Shown: piece by piece, positions 48,455 to 58,496 of the stretch
Layout of the letters: the number at the start of each line of letters is the position of its first letter
How positions within the stretch are numbered: position 1 is the stretch's first letter
Sequence record: NZ_CP014093.1
Length of the DNA stretch: 64,000 nucleotides
Source of the DNA: a plasmid
Strand: one strand, 5' to 3'
Made by a program: the position numbers and the translations under genes
Notes under the pieces: model-generated
Databases searched by the model: none
What the model was told of the DNA's origin: nothing
The model's input: only the letters and a program-made list of their open reading frames with translations

Positions 48455-49082
48455 TGGCTGCTTTCCCTGCGCGTGACTTAGACGAGTTGGAAAAAATAAT
48501 CCGTTTAATGGATGACATTAACCCGCTTATCTCTATGATGATTGAAATGGAGGTTCGTACAGGTTTACGTTATTGCGACATTTCGAAGCTAAAATTCAGC
48601 GATGTGATGATAAATGGCGTGATCCGGTCGTCATTTAGCATTGTTCAATCAAAAGGTTTAAAGGCCGTATGACCCGAGGTAAGAGCGAAAAAGCCGCTAA
48701 AGAGGCCGCTCGAATCACCATTCACGTTAATGCCGAACTGGAAGAACTGATTAAACGTATCTACTTACACAATGGGCATAATGAGTTGATGTTTCAATCT
48801 AATCACCACTTGGCCAAAAAGGGCAATGCGATCAGCATCCAGTATATCAACCGAGCGTATAAGCGCATAGCAATGGAGTTGAGATTGCCATATCAGCTAT
48901 CAACACATTCGATGCGAAAAATGTACGCCATGCTCCTGCTTGAAAAGAAAGCCTCTTTGAAAGTGATTAAGGACGCGCTTGGTCACTCTAGTGTTGCCGT
49001 GACTGACCACTACTTAAGAACGTTCCACGACGAAGCGAAAGAGTACACAACAGGCATTTCATTAAAACCAAAGGCAGAATAG
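48454..49082 (+). pseudogene. tyrosine recombinase/integrase catalytic domain split over two frames
   Basis: 'EMEVRTGLRYCDISKLKFSDV' (Arg box). 'HSMRKMYAMLLLE...LGHSSVAVTDHYLRT' (H-x-x-R...Y catalytic motifs). Frameshift near 48660. Confidence 0.55.
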
Positions 49083-49096
49083 AGGGAGGGGAAATT

Positions 49097-49297
49097 ATGT
49101 GTAAGGCTCTAATGAACGCGAACTTACGAGTAAACGAATTTAAACTTCGACAACAGGAACTTTCCCGAACCTCAATTCCGAATGACCTTAAACCAAAGGT
49201 AAGAGAATTAATGAAAAAAGGGTTCAGCAAAAAGGCAATCAAGCTGGTGCTTGGTTGCAGTTATGACGACCTAAAGACTATCAATCTGTCGCATTAA
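49097..49297 (+). CDS. hypothetical small protein
   Basis: ORF. Confidence 0.25.
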   Translation: MCKALMNANLRVNEFKLRQQELSRTSIPNDLKPKVRELMKKGFSKKAIKLVLGCSYDDLKTINLSH

Positions 49298-49392
49298 TTA
49301 GGAATATAAGAAAACATAGTTACACTGTAACGTTATCCATTTGGCCAAGAAAGGGCAACAATGGCCAGCCAAATCCAACCGAAAGGAATTAC

Positions 49393-49913
49393 ATGTTTTG
49401 TTTATTTGAGGGTTATAGAGTGTCAGAGTGTCGTAACGCTTATGCTTATTTCGTATCTAACACAGGCTATCGATTCATCACCAAGAAAAAGACCTGTTAT
49501 GCCGTTAGTGTGCCTAAGCCGGAAGGGGGCTATATTCGTCGCTCTGTCGGGTTTGTTCGCATTGGTGAAAAGAAAGGTCTACGCAAGGCAACCAAAATAC
49601 GCAACCAAATCGGCAAGGAACTATGGGGCGTTGTTGGGATCGCGTTCGTAAGCAATTCAACTTGCTGGCGCGCTTGCCGAAAAGTCTTGAACCACGGTTA
49701 ACTACCATCGATGGTAAGCAATACTACGTAGCGCGGTACACCAAGTACGATGAGAACAACCAGAAGCATGAGCATTCCATTAAGGTAAGTGTGAACGCTT
49801 ATGGGAAATTGGCGGCATGGACGATTGCTAAGAGAAAGTTACTCAAGGCTCACAGCGATGTAATGGACGTATTGTTACACATTGAAAAAGTTAGTAGTGT
49901 ACGGTTAAAGTAA
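49393..49913 (+). CDS. hypothetical protein (two overlapping frames, probably frameshifted)
   Basis: ORFs 49393..49701 and 49623..49913. Confidence 0.3.
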
Positions 49914-50170
49914 TATTCTATTCATTTATAATAATTCCGAACACTAGTTCCTAATATACTAATATTCATTAGTTAGTGACAATGCGATGAGGGGGCCCAT
50001 AGAGACATATATGAAAGTACGTATTCTCGGTCAAATGTTTGCGGCTACTGTAATTGTGCAACTTAGGCTTTATAAGTCCAATTTCATAAGAAGTTAAACA
50101 TCTTCAATGGTAACGGGTATCACGATTTGTGAAAACAGTGTAAATTATTAATCTGTTGTGTTTTTTGTAT

Positions 50171-51541
50171 TTAGAATTGGCCCATTAAGTATTCTAAAAT
50201 GGTCCTCTTTCCGGTTATTATGTCAACTGATGTTGTCATTCCTGGAATGATTGGTAGATCTTTATCACCGAGATCAGTTTTATCAGTACGTATACGTACT
50301 ACATAAAAGTCGTTACCTTCTTCATCCTGGATTGTGTCTGCACTAATATGTTCTAACTCCCCTTTTAAACCACCGTACTTACTAAAATCATAAGCGGTAA
50401 GCTTGACAATAACAGGTAGCTCAGGACGTAAAAATGCAATATCTTTTGGTGCTATTTTTGCCTCTATCAGTAGAGCGTCTTCGGTTGGCACAATTTCAAC
50501 GATATCCATACCTGGTTGAATAACTCCACCAACTGTATTTATGCTCAACGTTTTAATTTTTCCCGTTACTGGTGAGTAAACCACGGTTCTATTGACTTTA
50601 TCTTCTAAGTTAACTGTAGACTTTACCAAAGAAGATAGTTGATCTTGGGTGCTATTAAGTTTTTCTTGTTGTTCAGATCGGAATTGTAGCGCGACCTCTA
50701 TTCGTTTAAGCATGAACTCTTGAATTAATGACTCTAATACGGGAATTTTAAGCTTGCTAGATGTCATTTCACGCCTGCTATCATTGGCTTGTCGTTGTAA
50801 TTTAAGTAATTCAATGCGTGGAACTATACCTTCGTCAGCTAGAGGTTTGGTAATATCCAGTTCCTTTTTTGCATATTGATAACTCCTACGTAAGTTTTCT
50901 ACTCGTGCTTTTATTTCAATCAAATCCTGTTGTTTCTGTATGACTTGCTGATCAATCACTGATAGCTGGTTGCGTATATTATTTAAGTTTTCTAGATACT
51001 CAGCTTTTTGACGTAGGATTAGTTCAGGTTGAGTTTCTTCTAAAAATGATGGGAACATTAGCTGGTCATAGTTTAGTGTGACATTTTGTCGCCAATCTTT
51101 AATGTCAAAGTCATTGTTAACTTGAACGCTATTTATCGAGGCTGTCAATTGTAATACAGATGCACTCAAGTTAGCGACTTGTTGTTCATGCTCACGAAAA
51201 TCTGAACGAAAGAGCGTGTCATCGATGAGAATTAATGGTTGACCTTTTTCGACTAATTGACCTTCTTTTACTAAAATTTCTTTAATTAACCCACCTTCCA
51301 AGTTTTGTATAACTTGAACCTGTGAGGAAGGAATGACTTTCCCTAAACCGACAATGACTTTATCTATCTCAGAAAAAGATGCCCAACCAACCATCACAAT
51401 TGAAAGACTCACCATTATCCAGAGCAACAAACGAGCACTCCTAGGACTTGTTAGGAGTAAGGCTGCGACCTTGTCATTAACAAACTCTAATTCTTCATCG
51501 TTAAGTTTGTTGTAGTTCTTTTGTTTCATGTTTGCGCTCAT
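50171..51541 (-). CDS. HlyD-family type I secretion membrane-fusion protein (orphan)
   Basis: N-terminal transmembrane segment, long coiled coil, C-terminal 'IIPGMTTSVDIITGKRTILEYLMGQF' HlyD signature. Confidence 0.75.
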   Translation of the reverse strand: MSANMKQKNYNKLNDEELEFVNDKVAALLLTSPRSARLLLWIMVSLSIVMVGWASFSEIDKVIVGLGKVIPSSQVQVIQNLEGGLIKEILVKEGQLVEKGQPLILIDDTLFRSDFREHEQQVANLSASVLQLTASINSVQVNNDFDIKDWRQNVTLNYDQLMFPSFLEETQPELILRQKAEYLENLNNIRNQLSVIDQQVIQKQQDLIEIKARVENLRRSYQYAKKELDITKPLADEGIVPRIELLKLQRQANDSRREMTSSKLKIPVLESLIQEFMLKRIEVALQFRSEQQEKLNSTQDQLSSLVKSTVNLEDKVNRTVVYSPVTGKIKTLSINTVGGVIQPGMDIVEIVPTEDALLIEAKIAPKDIAFLRPELPVIVKLTAYDFSKYGGLKGELEHISADTIQDEEGNDFYVVRIRTDKTDLGDKDLPIIPGMTTSVDIITGKRTILEYLMGQF

Positions 51542-51834
51542 TTATAATAATTTAGTTTTAGTATACCAACTTTAACACCTTGAAGACTGAAACGACCTAA
51601 TATGAAAAAATCAGTACGATAGACCGAGTACAGAAAACGGCCTTTTAACTCATATAGGTTGCTCTATGATTATAGTAGGATGAGAAGGAACAATGCTCCT
51701 CTTGGGTGTCAAAATGTTGCTTAAAGCATTCTATAGCGGCTCATATGGCGCGCTTTCGGGTCTGTAACGTGCATTATTAGTATAAAAATAGAAAATAAAG
51801 CTATCTTTAATTTTTGAAACGTGTATAGTTGATT

Positions 51835-51992
51835 TTGCTCTGACGAAGAGTTGTTTGAAGATAAAAAATATAAAGTAAGTTTTCCAGTGTCATCCCTAGC
51901 AAGTTTTTCTCTGTATCTCCCTTAATTCTATATCCTTAAAATAATACTTATGTTCAGTGCACCTTAATTTTAATTTATATAAGGGGCATAAT
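51835..51992 (+). promoter_or_regulatory. long csp 5' leader, copy 1
   Basis: About 160-nt leader upstream of cspA; repeated at 52259-52397. Confidence 0.5.
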
Positions 51993-52202
51993 ATGTCTAA
52001 TCAAGTAATTGGTACAGTAAAGTGGTTTAATGAAGCTAAAGGCTTCGGTTTCATTTCTCAAAATAACGGCGACGACCTATTCGTTCACTTCCGCAACATC
52101 GTTGGGGATGGATTTAAAAAACTTATTGAAGGCGACAAGGTTTCTTTTACCGTAGGTAAAGGTCCTAAAGGGCTTCAAGCAGAAAATGTAACGACGTTGT
52201 AA
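51993..52202 (+). CDS. cspA: CspA-family cold-shock protein
   Basis: '[33 protein letters not shown]...[18 protein letters not shown]'. Confidence 0.85.
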   Translation: MSNQVIGTVKWFNEAKGFGFISQNNGDDLFVHFRNIVGDGFKKLIEGDKVSFTVGKGPKGLQAENVTTL

Positions 52203-52258
52203 TAGTCTTACAAAACTTAGCTTCCTTATCGCTTGTAATCCAGTGGTAAGGAAGTAGT

Positions 52259-52397
52259 AGCTCTGATCAATAGTTGTTTCAGATAAAAAAGTATAAAGTC
52301 AGTTTTCCCAGCGTCATCCTTAATAAGTTTCTCTGTAAGCTCCCTTCATTCTATATCATAAAATAACGCATGTTCAGTACACCCTAATCATTAAGTA
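52259..52397 (+). repeat. duplicated csp leader, copy 2 (about 85% identical)
   Basis: Aligned by eye to 51835-51992. Confidence 0.7.
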
Positions 52398-52547
52398 AGG
52401 GGCATTGTATGTCTAATAAAATCATTGATTTAATAAATGTATCTAATAATAAAAAAATCAGTAAAAAGAAAAAATCAAATAGTCAAAAATCAAAACTTGA
52501 CCTACTTCAAAGAATAACAAGTGGCCAAAGTGGTGTGGTTTTGGAGG
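52398..52547 (+). CDS. Lys-rich 49-aa ORF behind the duplicated csp leader (degenerate csp N-terminus 'MSNKII')
   Basis: ATG at 52398 in the same position relative to the leader as the cspA start. Confidence 0.25.
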
Positions 52548-53165
52548 TTTTATTTTGAAGAATAATGGTAGAAAGAAAATTTGGTTTAAATTAAGAAATA
52601 AAAATAAAATTTTTGAAAGCCAAACTCATAATTAATTTTTCTTAACGTATTTTATCTTATCAATAGTAACTATTGACTCTGGAGTGGTACGTTAACGAAC
52701 ATCGCCAGTTTTTGAGCCATTTGCTCATCAACAAGACTATTCTAATAGCTCAATCCAAACACCATTGAAAGGCGAAATAGCTCGGTGAAGTAGTCTGCTA
52801 CCTCACTACATTAACCAAATGTCAGGTAACGGATTAAGCTTTACCCGTAGTGCCTTGTGGACACCGGTAAAGAACACAGTAAAACGTTGATAATAACTGA
52901 CTCATTATCCGACTAATCCTAATCTTCTTGAGCAGTTTATTCCATTTCTTGGACGAGACTGAACTTGTCCATTACTTTCTCTAAACGCTCTGTCGAAAAC
53001 CTTGCTCAGATCATCAATCTTGTCGCGCCGTTTTTTCTTGTAGGCGATGTCGCAGCCGGTAATTGGCGGGTTAGTTTCTGTTCTGTAAGAAGTGAAACTA
53101 AATTGACTAGATTCCTGACGAGGCACTATTTCAGTAACTCGGCCCAACCGAACTACTGGAATAAG

Positions 53166-53654
53166 TTATTTAATGTTGATACCTAATCGAACTGATATGC
53201 CTAGAACGTTGGCCAGCCCGATAAGTGACGATAAAGAAGGGTTGTCGCGCGGGTGTAAGGTGTTATCCATACCTTTGGCCTTGGTAACGGTAGCTAAGGC
53301 TTCTGCAATGATCTCGGGCTCGCCAGTGCTTGCCGCTTCATCAATATAGGCTTGGATAGTCTGTTGGTTGGTTAAGTATTCGGATGGCTCTAACTCTTTT
53401 AATTGAGAGGTCACATGATCACTCTCTTTCACAATAAGACCACTCACCTGATTAACTTGCTGTATCGCGGTTTGAACGGCTTCGCCGTATGAGTCAGTTT
53501 CTCGGTCGAAATCGATACGAATATCGCTGCCAGATGCAGATACGGTGCAATCATTGGCACCAACCCCAACGAGCGCATTAGATAGCTCGCAAAGCGTGTC
53601 TGCGTTCATGTCGCCTTGGAACCTGGCCATCAGTGCAAAATCAAACTCTTTCAA
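53166..53654 (-). CDS. HTH antidote-like DNA-binding protein (HigA/addiction-module antidote-like C-terminus)
   Basis: 'HPRDNPSLSSLIGLANVLGISVRLGI'. Confidence 0.5.
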   Translation of the reverse strand: MKEFDFALMARFQGDMNADTLCELSNALVGVGANDCTVSASGSDIRIDFDRETDSYGEAVQTAIQQVNQVSGLIVKESDHVTSQLKELEPSEYLTNQQTIQAYIDEAASTGEPEIIAEALATVTKAKGMDNTLHPRDNPSLSSLIGLANVLGISVRLGINIK

Positions 53655-53727
53655 TCATCAATCCTCTCTTTAAGCAATTAGTGGCATTTTAGCCTTAACC
53701 ATAAGCCACCGTGCTGGTGGCTTATGG

Positions 53728-54462
53728 TTAGCTTCGTAACTCGTTTTCTCGATATTGCTCTATTGATTGCTCCAAATGCTCTGCGTTCTTGGGTGAGCTC
53801 ATCAAGTGATCAGTTTCCGATAGGATTTCTTCCCAATCCGGTTCTTCCAACGTTGGCCACAACATCAAATCATCGATGTCAACGTCCTTAAAACCAATCT
53901 TTGAGTAGTAGCCTTTAAGCGTCTCTACGCTTTCCTCGGAGCGATCTTCTAACGGGAACGCCTTTAGACCAATAATGTCGTAAATCGACGTGAATCGCGC
54001 AATAAAGTCCTCAATTAAGGCTTTAGAATACTTGTTGCCTCGATGCTCTTTCTTCACTTTCAGTTCGTGGATGACAATAAGGCGATCTGGTTCTGGACAG
54101 ACTCCCCAACGCATTTCTACGTTGCGTTCTTCAATGCTTGCTTTTAGCAAATAATTATCACCAAGGACTTGAACAAAGTGATAGATGCTACCGTCCACAT
54201 CCAGTAAATCGTGACAGTTTGTAATGTTTGATGCTCTGGCCAAGTCCACGATGTAGAAATCACAAGTAGCAACTTCGGTTTCAGCTCCACTCTCTTTATC
54301 AAGAGCAAACATGCTTGCCGTCATAACGTTGATACATGACTCAACATCATCTGAATAAGGCGCGGTACTTAAGGCGTAGTTAATGATCATTGTTCTGTTC
54401 CTTATCTGGTGCTGGTGGCTTAATGAGGGTCGATGGCAATTGAAGAGAACTGGCCACACCAT
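53728..54462 (-). CDS. GNAT-family acetyltransferase with acidic C-terminal tail (alternative start at 54390)
   Basis: 'VIHELKVKKEHRGNKYSKALIEDFIARF' (acetyl-CoA motif A). Confidence 0.55.
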   Translation of the reverse strand: MVWPVLFNCHRPSLSHQHQIRNRTMIINYALSTAPYSDDVESCINVMTASMFALDKESGAETEVATCDFYIVDLARASNITNCHDLLDVDGSIYHFVQVLGDNYLLKASIEERNVEMRWGVCPEPDRLIVIHELKVKKEHRGNKYSKALIEDFIARFTSIYDIIGLKAFPLEDRSEESVETLKGYYSKIGFKDVDIDDLMLWPTLEEPDWEEILSETDHLMSSPKNAEHLEQSIEQYRENELRS

Positions 54463-54468
54463 CCTTTG

Positions 54469-56244
54469 TCAAGACGAACCGGACACCCCTGACTTTAACT
54501 CCAAATTACCGCCAAGCCGCTCATGAATTGAGGATATTTTAGATGCGAGCTCAGTTAAAACTCCTAATTTAGCCCCGTAAGGTAATCTTTCTCTTTCATT
54601 CTCGATGCACTCACAAAGCAGGGCTAGAGCGTCAAGCTCTTCCGAAAGAAAATCCTCAATATTGCTAAAGTCATAACGTCGATACATGAAACTAGAAAAA
54701 TCATAAAGCTCCCCGCTTGACCAATTTGTTAACATCTGATCAAAATCTTTCTTCTGGAGGTGTTGTAGGAAAGGTTTGGAGCCGTACTTTTGTTCAGTAG
54801 CTTCGACACAGCTGTGCCAAGACTGCACTAACTGCTCTTTGTAGACTGCCATTTCACTCGCCTGCATACCAGTAGCTTTATCGCATAAAAATTCAGATAT
54901 TACGTTTAGCAAACGACTGTTTTGTACATAGTACCCTATATCTCTACCAAGCATATTCACATACGCTGCTGACTCAAATATGAATTTATCAAAAATTTTC
55001 TTGATATTAGAAACAAACTCGTCGAAATCATATTCTATATATCTGTGTTCTATCATAAAAGAATAGGCACTACAGGCTCTGCACCAATTGACAAAATCCG
55101 TTGGTTTTGGGTTGTCTATGTATTGCTTAAATCTTGACAACCGCTCTGACAACCACAAGTCGTCATGTCTACGAAACTGATAATCCAATATTTCTTGAAT
55201 GTCATCAGTTGCTACAGGCAACTTCATCTCGGTTTCTAAATCTTTAAACCTGTTATCATAGGCTGCTATATATCTTACGTGGCTATCGGTGGTGTGAGGC
55301 CTAAGAGGATGGATTAAACTTCTGAGCAACTCTATCCTTTTATCTTGTTCAGTTTCCCCCTTTGTTTTCCTATGGATGAGTGGATTTTCATGTAGGGCTT
55401 GCAAGACCTCGTCCAAGGAAAATTCATGATGGAAGATAGCGAAGCATGTCGCTAGTGATGTAATAAGATTGTGTTCATCGATTTGTCTGTAGTCCAATTC
55501 ATCCTTTCGAATAAATAGATTACTTATGGCATAAAAACGATCTACAGCGCGCCTAATTATGCGAATATTATCTACCTCATACTTGCGAAGCATGTCTTCA
55601 ATAATTTGCTTCGCCTCATTTGATAAGGTCTTTTCTTCAATATAGATTTGATCGATAACTGACATTAAATCGGTAGGAGTTCGACTTAAGTGCACTATGT
55701 CACTAAACACTTTTTCGATGTCTGCCTTCTTCTCTATCTTTCCCTGATTTCCAATGACAACGATTTTTATATTCTTATTTTCACATAGATTTAGGCATTC
55801 GCCCAATATCTCTGACTTTACATTCTCGTTAGAAAGGCGCTCTAGATCGTCAATGAATAATACTCGATCATTCAACTGATTAAAGTAATGTTGCTTTACA
55901 ATTGAACCAACATTACCAAGCGCTTTCCCTACTCCTCTAGTTCCCTCTAGTGTTTGCATGGCAAAATCGCCTACACCACTATAGCGCTTTGCGAACCACC
56001 CTGTTTGTTCATTACGACTGTACACAAGAGAAAGCAGCCGAGTTTTAAAATCATCCAGATCCGAAACACCGTATAAAGAGAGGTAATGCCCCTTATGTGT
56101 GGCTTTGTACTTATGCGTCAAATAGGGCATCAAGGTCTGCTTTACAAAATACGTTTTACCAACTCCCCAGTGCCCATCTAACAAAACTATGCTTGGAAAG
56201 CTAGATTCTTGGAGCAACTTATAAATACGTTCCTCAATTTTCAT
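54469..56244 (-). CDS. KAP-family P-loop NTPase
   Basis: 'IVLLDGHWGVGKTYFVKQ' (GxWGxGKT KAP Walker A). Start is the Met at 56244 with AAGG Shine-Dalgarno. Confidence 0.7.
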   Translation of the reverse strand: MKIEERIYKLLQESSFPSIVLLDGHWGVGKTYFVKQTLMPYLTHKYKATHKGHYLSLYGVSDLDDFKTRLLSLVYSRNEQTGWFAKRYSGVGDFAMQTLEGTRGVGKALGNVGSIVKQHYFNQLNDRVLFIDDLERLSNENVKSEILGECLNLCENKNIKIVVIGNQGKIEKKADIEKVFSDIVHLSRTPTDLMSVIDQIYIEEKTLSNEAKQIIEDMLRKYEVDNIRIIRRAVDRFYAISNLFIRKDELDYRQIDEHNLITSLATCFAIFHHEFSLDEVLQALHENPLIHRKTKGETEQDKRIELLRSLIHPLRPHTTDSHVRYIAAYDNRFKDLETEMKLPVATDDIQEILDYQFRRHDDLWLSERLSRFKQYIDNPKPTDFVNWCRACSAYSFMIEHRYIEYDFDEFVSNIKKIFDKFIFESAAYVNMLGRDIGYYVQNSRLLNVISEFLCDKATGMQASEMAVYKEQLVQSWHSCVEATEQKYGSKPFLQHLQKKDFDQMLTNWSSGELYDFSSFMYRRYDFSNIEDFLSEELDALALLCECIENERERLPYGAKLGVLTELASKISSIHERLGGNLELKSGVSGSS

Positions 56245-56323
56245 TATCAACCTTGTAAAATTAGAGCTATTCGTAGATCTAACCACAGATAGATAATTCT
56301 AGATATGCAGTTGATAACATTTA

Positions 56324-56674
56324 TCAACTAAATTTCATAATAGATAGAATCGAGCCACCAACATCGTGGGTTTCTTGCGTTTGGCCGCTATCCAAAATCA
56401 AAGAGTGAATAAGCACATCCCAATCAATGCCCTCTTTCTCGATCAAGTAAACCGTATCAGCTAGATAAGTTAAAAATTGATATTGGGAATCAATATCTGT
56501 GTAGCTTTCTTTGGCTTTGTAAGTAATCTCATCAAAATAAGCACAGAGTGAACCCCAAAACTTAACACTGCTACTTGCTGTCGCTTTCATCTCATAAATA
56601 TGATCAACACGTAGCTTGATGTCAGTGAAAAATCGCTTTATCTGGTGGGCGTATGTGCCTCTCTGCATTAGCAC
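56324..56674 (-). CDS. hypothetical protein, first gene of the KAP operon
   Basis: ORF 37 nt upstream of the KAP gene. Confidence 0.35.
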   Translation of the reverse strand: MLMQRGTYAHQIKRFFTDIKLRVDHIYEMKATASSSVKFWGSLCAYFDEITYKAKESYTDIDSQYQFLTYLADTVYLIEKEGIDWDVLIHSLILDSGQTQETHDVGGSILSIMKFS

Positions 56675-56920
56675 TATACCAGGGTTAATTAATGGGTTTT
56701 ACCGAAAAATCCATGAATTAAATTCATTTCTTAAATGGCTCCGATTGAGCGTAATCTAATCCTACCCCAGGATTATGGTAATCCTTTTTATTCCGAACAT
56801 GTAAATTTATATCAATGTATGTTTTTTTGATATTAAGGGCTAAATTAGTTATTGCATATGTTATTTTTGATATGGTAGTCTCACCACCCCATTCCGAACA
56901 CACTTAATTCTTTGTAGAAA

Positions 56921-57626
56921 ATGACCATAAAAACGTTCAATACCAGCAAAGGCACTATTGCCCTGTCTAACCACGGAGCAACAGTATCGATGGCCATTAA
57001 CCGCAACACTGGCGCGGTAGCGAACGTGTGTGTGAGTTGGGTGTTAGGGAGTGCAGATGAGGCGAAAGCCTTTATTGAGGGCGCAGACGAAAAAGCGATA
57101 CGAAATGAAATGCCTCGCTTTTCCATGTGCGCTGATGTGGTTAAACAACTAGACAAGGCGCTGGCCAATGGCAATTCCAAAAAACCAGTTGAGCCTACTC
57201 ATAGAGCTTATGGAAGCTCTACCGCTAGATGGAACGGTCTACGAAATGCCACTACAAGTAGAGTTTATCCCGCACGATGAAATCTACATCGGCTATTTCG
57301 ATACGACCGTCATTGACCGCATGCAAGGGCTAGGAATTATCACGTTACTTGGGGTGCATGATGATGAGCGACAAGCTATCAAACTCAATGAGCGTGACGA
57401 TTTTCTAGCAAGCTGGTCGGCGGGAGTGAGTGAGGCTCGCAATGGCTCAGATCTGCATTATGCAGACTACAACAACAACCAATATGCGTTTACTGCCGGA
57501 TACGAGCACTGGCATAACCGCAACAAAAAGGCGTTAAAGGGAAGACTTACGCATTACTCAACAAGTAGAGAGTATCTATGTCATGGATTTATTGACGAGG
57601 ATACGGGTGAAATTTGGCATCAATAA
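56921..57626 (+). CDS. hypothetical protein (two ORFs joined across an A6 tract at 57179-57184)
   Basis: ORFs 56921..57280 and 57168..57626. Confidence 0.3.
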
Positions 57627-57642
57627 CAAAAGGTAACTAACT

Positions 57643-58176
57643 ATGACTTTGGGTAATCTACTTCTAGCAATTCTTGAGCAGAGAACACAAACAGGCTATG
57701 ACCTAACAAACCGAACAATGCCTGAATCTGGCGCATGGCAAGCCAGCCACCAGCAAGTGTACCGCGAACTTGGTCGCATGACGGAAAAGGGTTTAGTGTC
57801 ACACGAAATTGAAGCGCAAGACGGTAAACCAGACCGCAAGAATTACAGCTTAACTCAAGACGGCGAGCATGTTCTTAACCTTTTACGCAACGAATCTACA
57901 TGCGATGGCCTGTCTATCATTCGTAGTCCTGCATCGGTGATGCTGGAAATCGGCAGCGAGGTTTACTTCAAGTCGTACATTGAAAAACTCAATCAAGAAA
58001 TAACGCAACTTAAAGAGAAGCTGAACGCGCACCAGAAAGAGAAAGGTGTGTTCTGTGACAACTTCACACTGCATGTAGAGCGCGACATTGATATGCGCAA
58101 AGCAGAGCTTAAGTTTGCCGAACGTTCACTATTTATGATCACTTCCTCAAACATTGCTACGGAGAATGCTGCGTGA
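57643..58176 (+). CDS. PadR-family transcriptional regulator
   Basis: 'LGNLLLAILEQRTQTGYDL...QQVYRELGRMTEKGLV...KPDRKNYSLTQDGE'. Confidence 0.6.
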   Translation: MTLGNLLLAILEQRTQTGYDLTNRTMPESGAWQASHQQVYRELGRMTEKGLVSHEIEAQDGKPDRKNYSLTQDGEHVLNLLRNESTCDGLSIIRSPASVMLEIGSEVYFKSYIEKLNQEITQLKEKLNAHQKEKGVFCDNFTLHVERDIDMRKAELKFAERSLFMITSSNIATENAA

Positions 58177-58361
58177 AACCTCGCAAAGCCGTTTATCTTT
58201 TAGTTGGCTCGCCAGCGCTTAAACGAGCCAAAGAGTGTTTAACTCGAAATCAGCCTTGGGACTACGAGGGCAAGCTCATGAAGATCGTCAGTTTGGGGCA
58301 ACGTATGCGTAACGATGACGGCAAGCCATGCCATCGAGTTTTAATTGAGAGTTACTTCTGA
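58173..58361 (+). CDS. hypothetical small protein
   Basis: ORF overlapping the padR stop. Confidence 0.3.
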   Translation: MKPRKAVYLLVGSPALKRAKECLTRNQPWDYEGKLMKIVSLGQRMRNDDGKPCHRVLIESYF

Positions 58362-58369
58362 TAGGTACA

Positions 58370-58399
58370 AAAAAACCGCGAATAAACGCGGTTTTTTTG
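58370..58399. terminator. rho-independent terminator (bidirectional)
   Basis: AAAAAA-CCGCG-aataaa-CGCGG-TTTTTTTG. Confidence 0.55.
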
Positions 58400-58496
58400 C
58401 GGCTGGCCTTAGCAAACAGTTCGAATCAGCAAATTCGAGTTACCAGCCTTTTCATGTTCCACCAGCAAATGTGAAACAAGAGCAAGCAAATAGTAG

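Noticed and set aside
50171-52000. Complete type I secretion system
   Set aside because: Only the HlyD adaptor is present. No ABC exporter or outer-membrane component was found in the flanks.
52905-53147. 80-aa minus-strand ORF
   Set aside because: No start context or motif, and it overlaps the plus-strand ORF 52965..53186. Possibly a gene remnant, not called.
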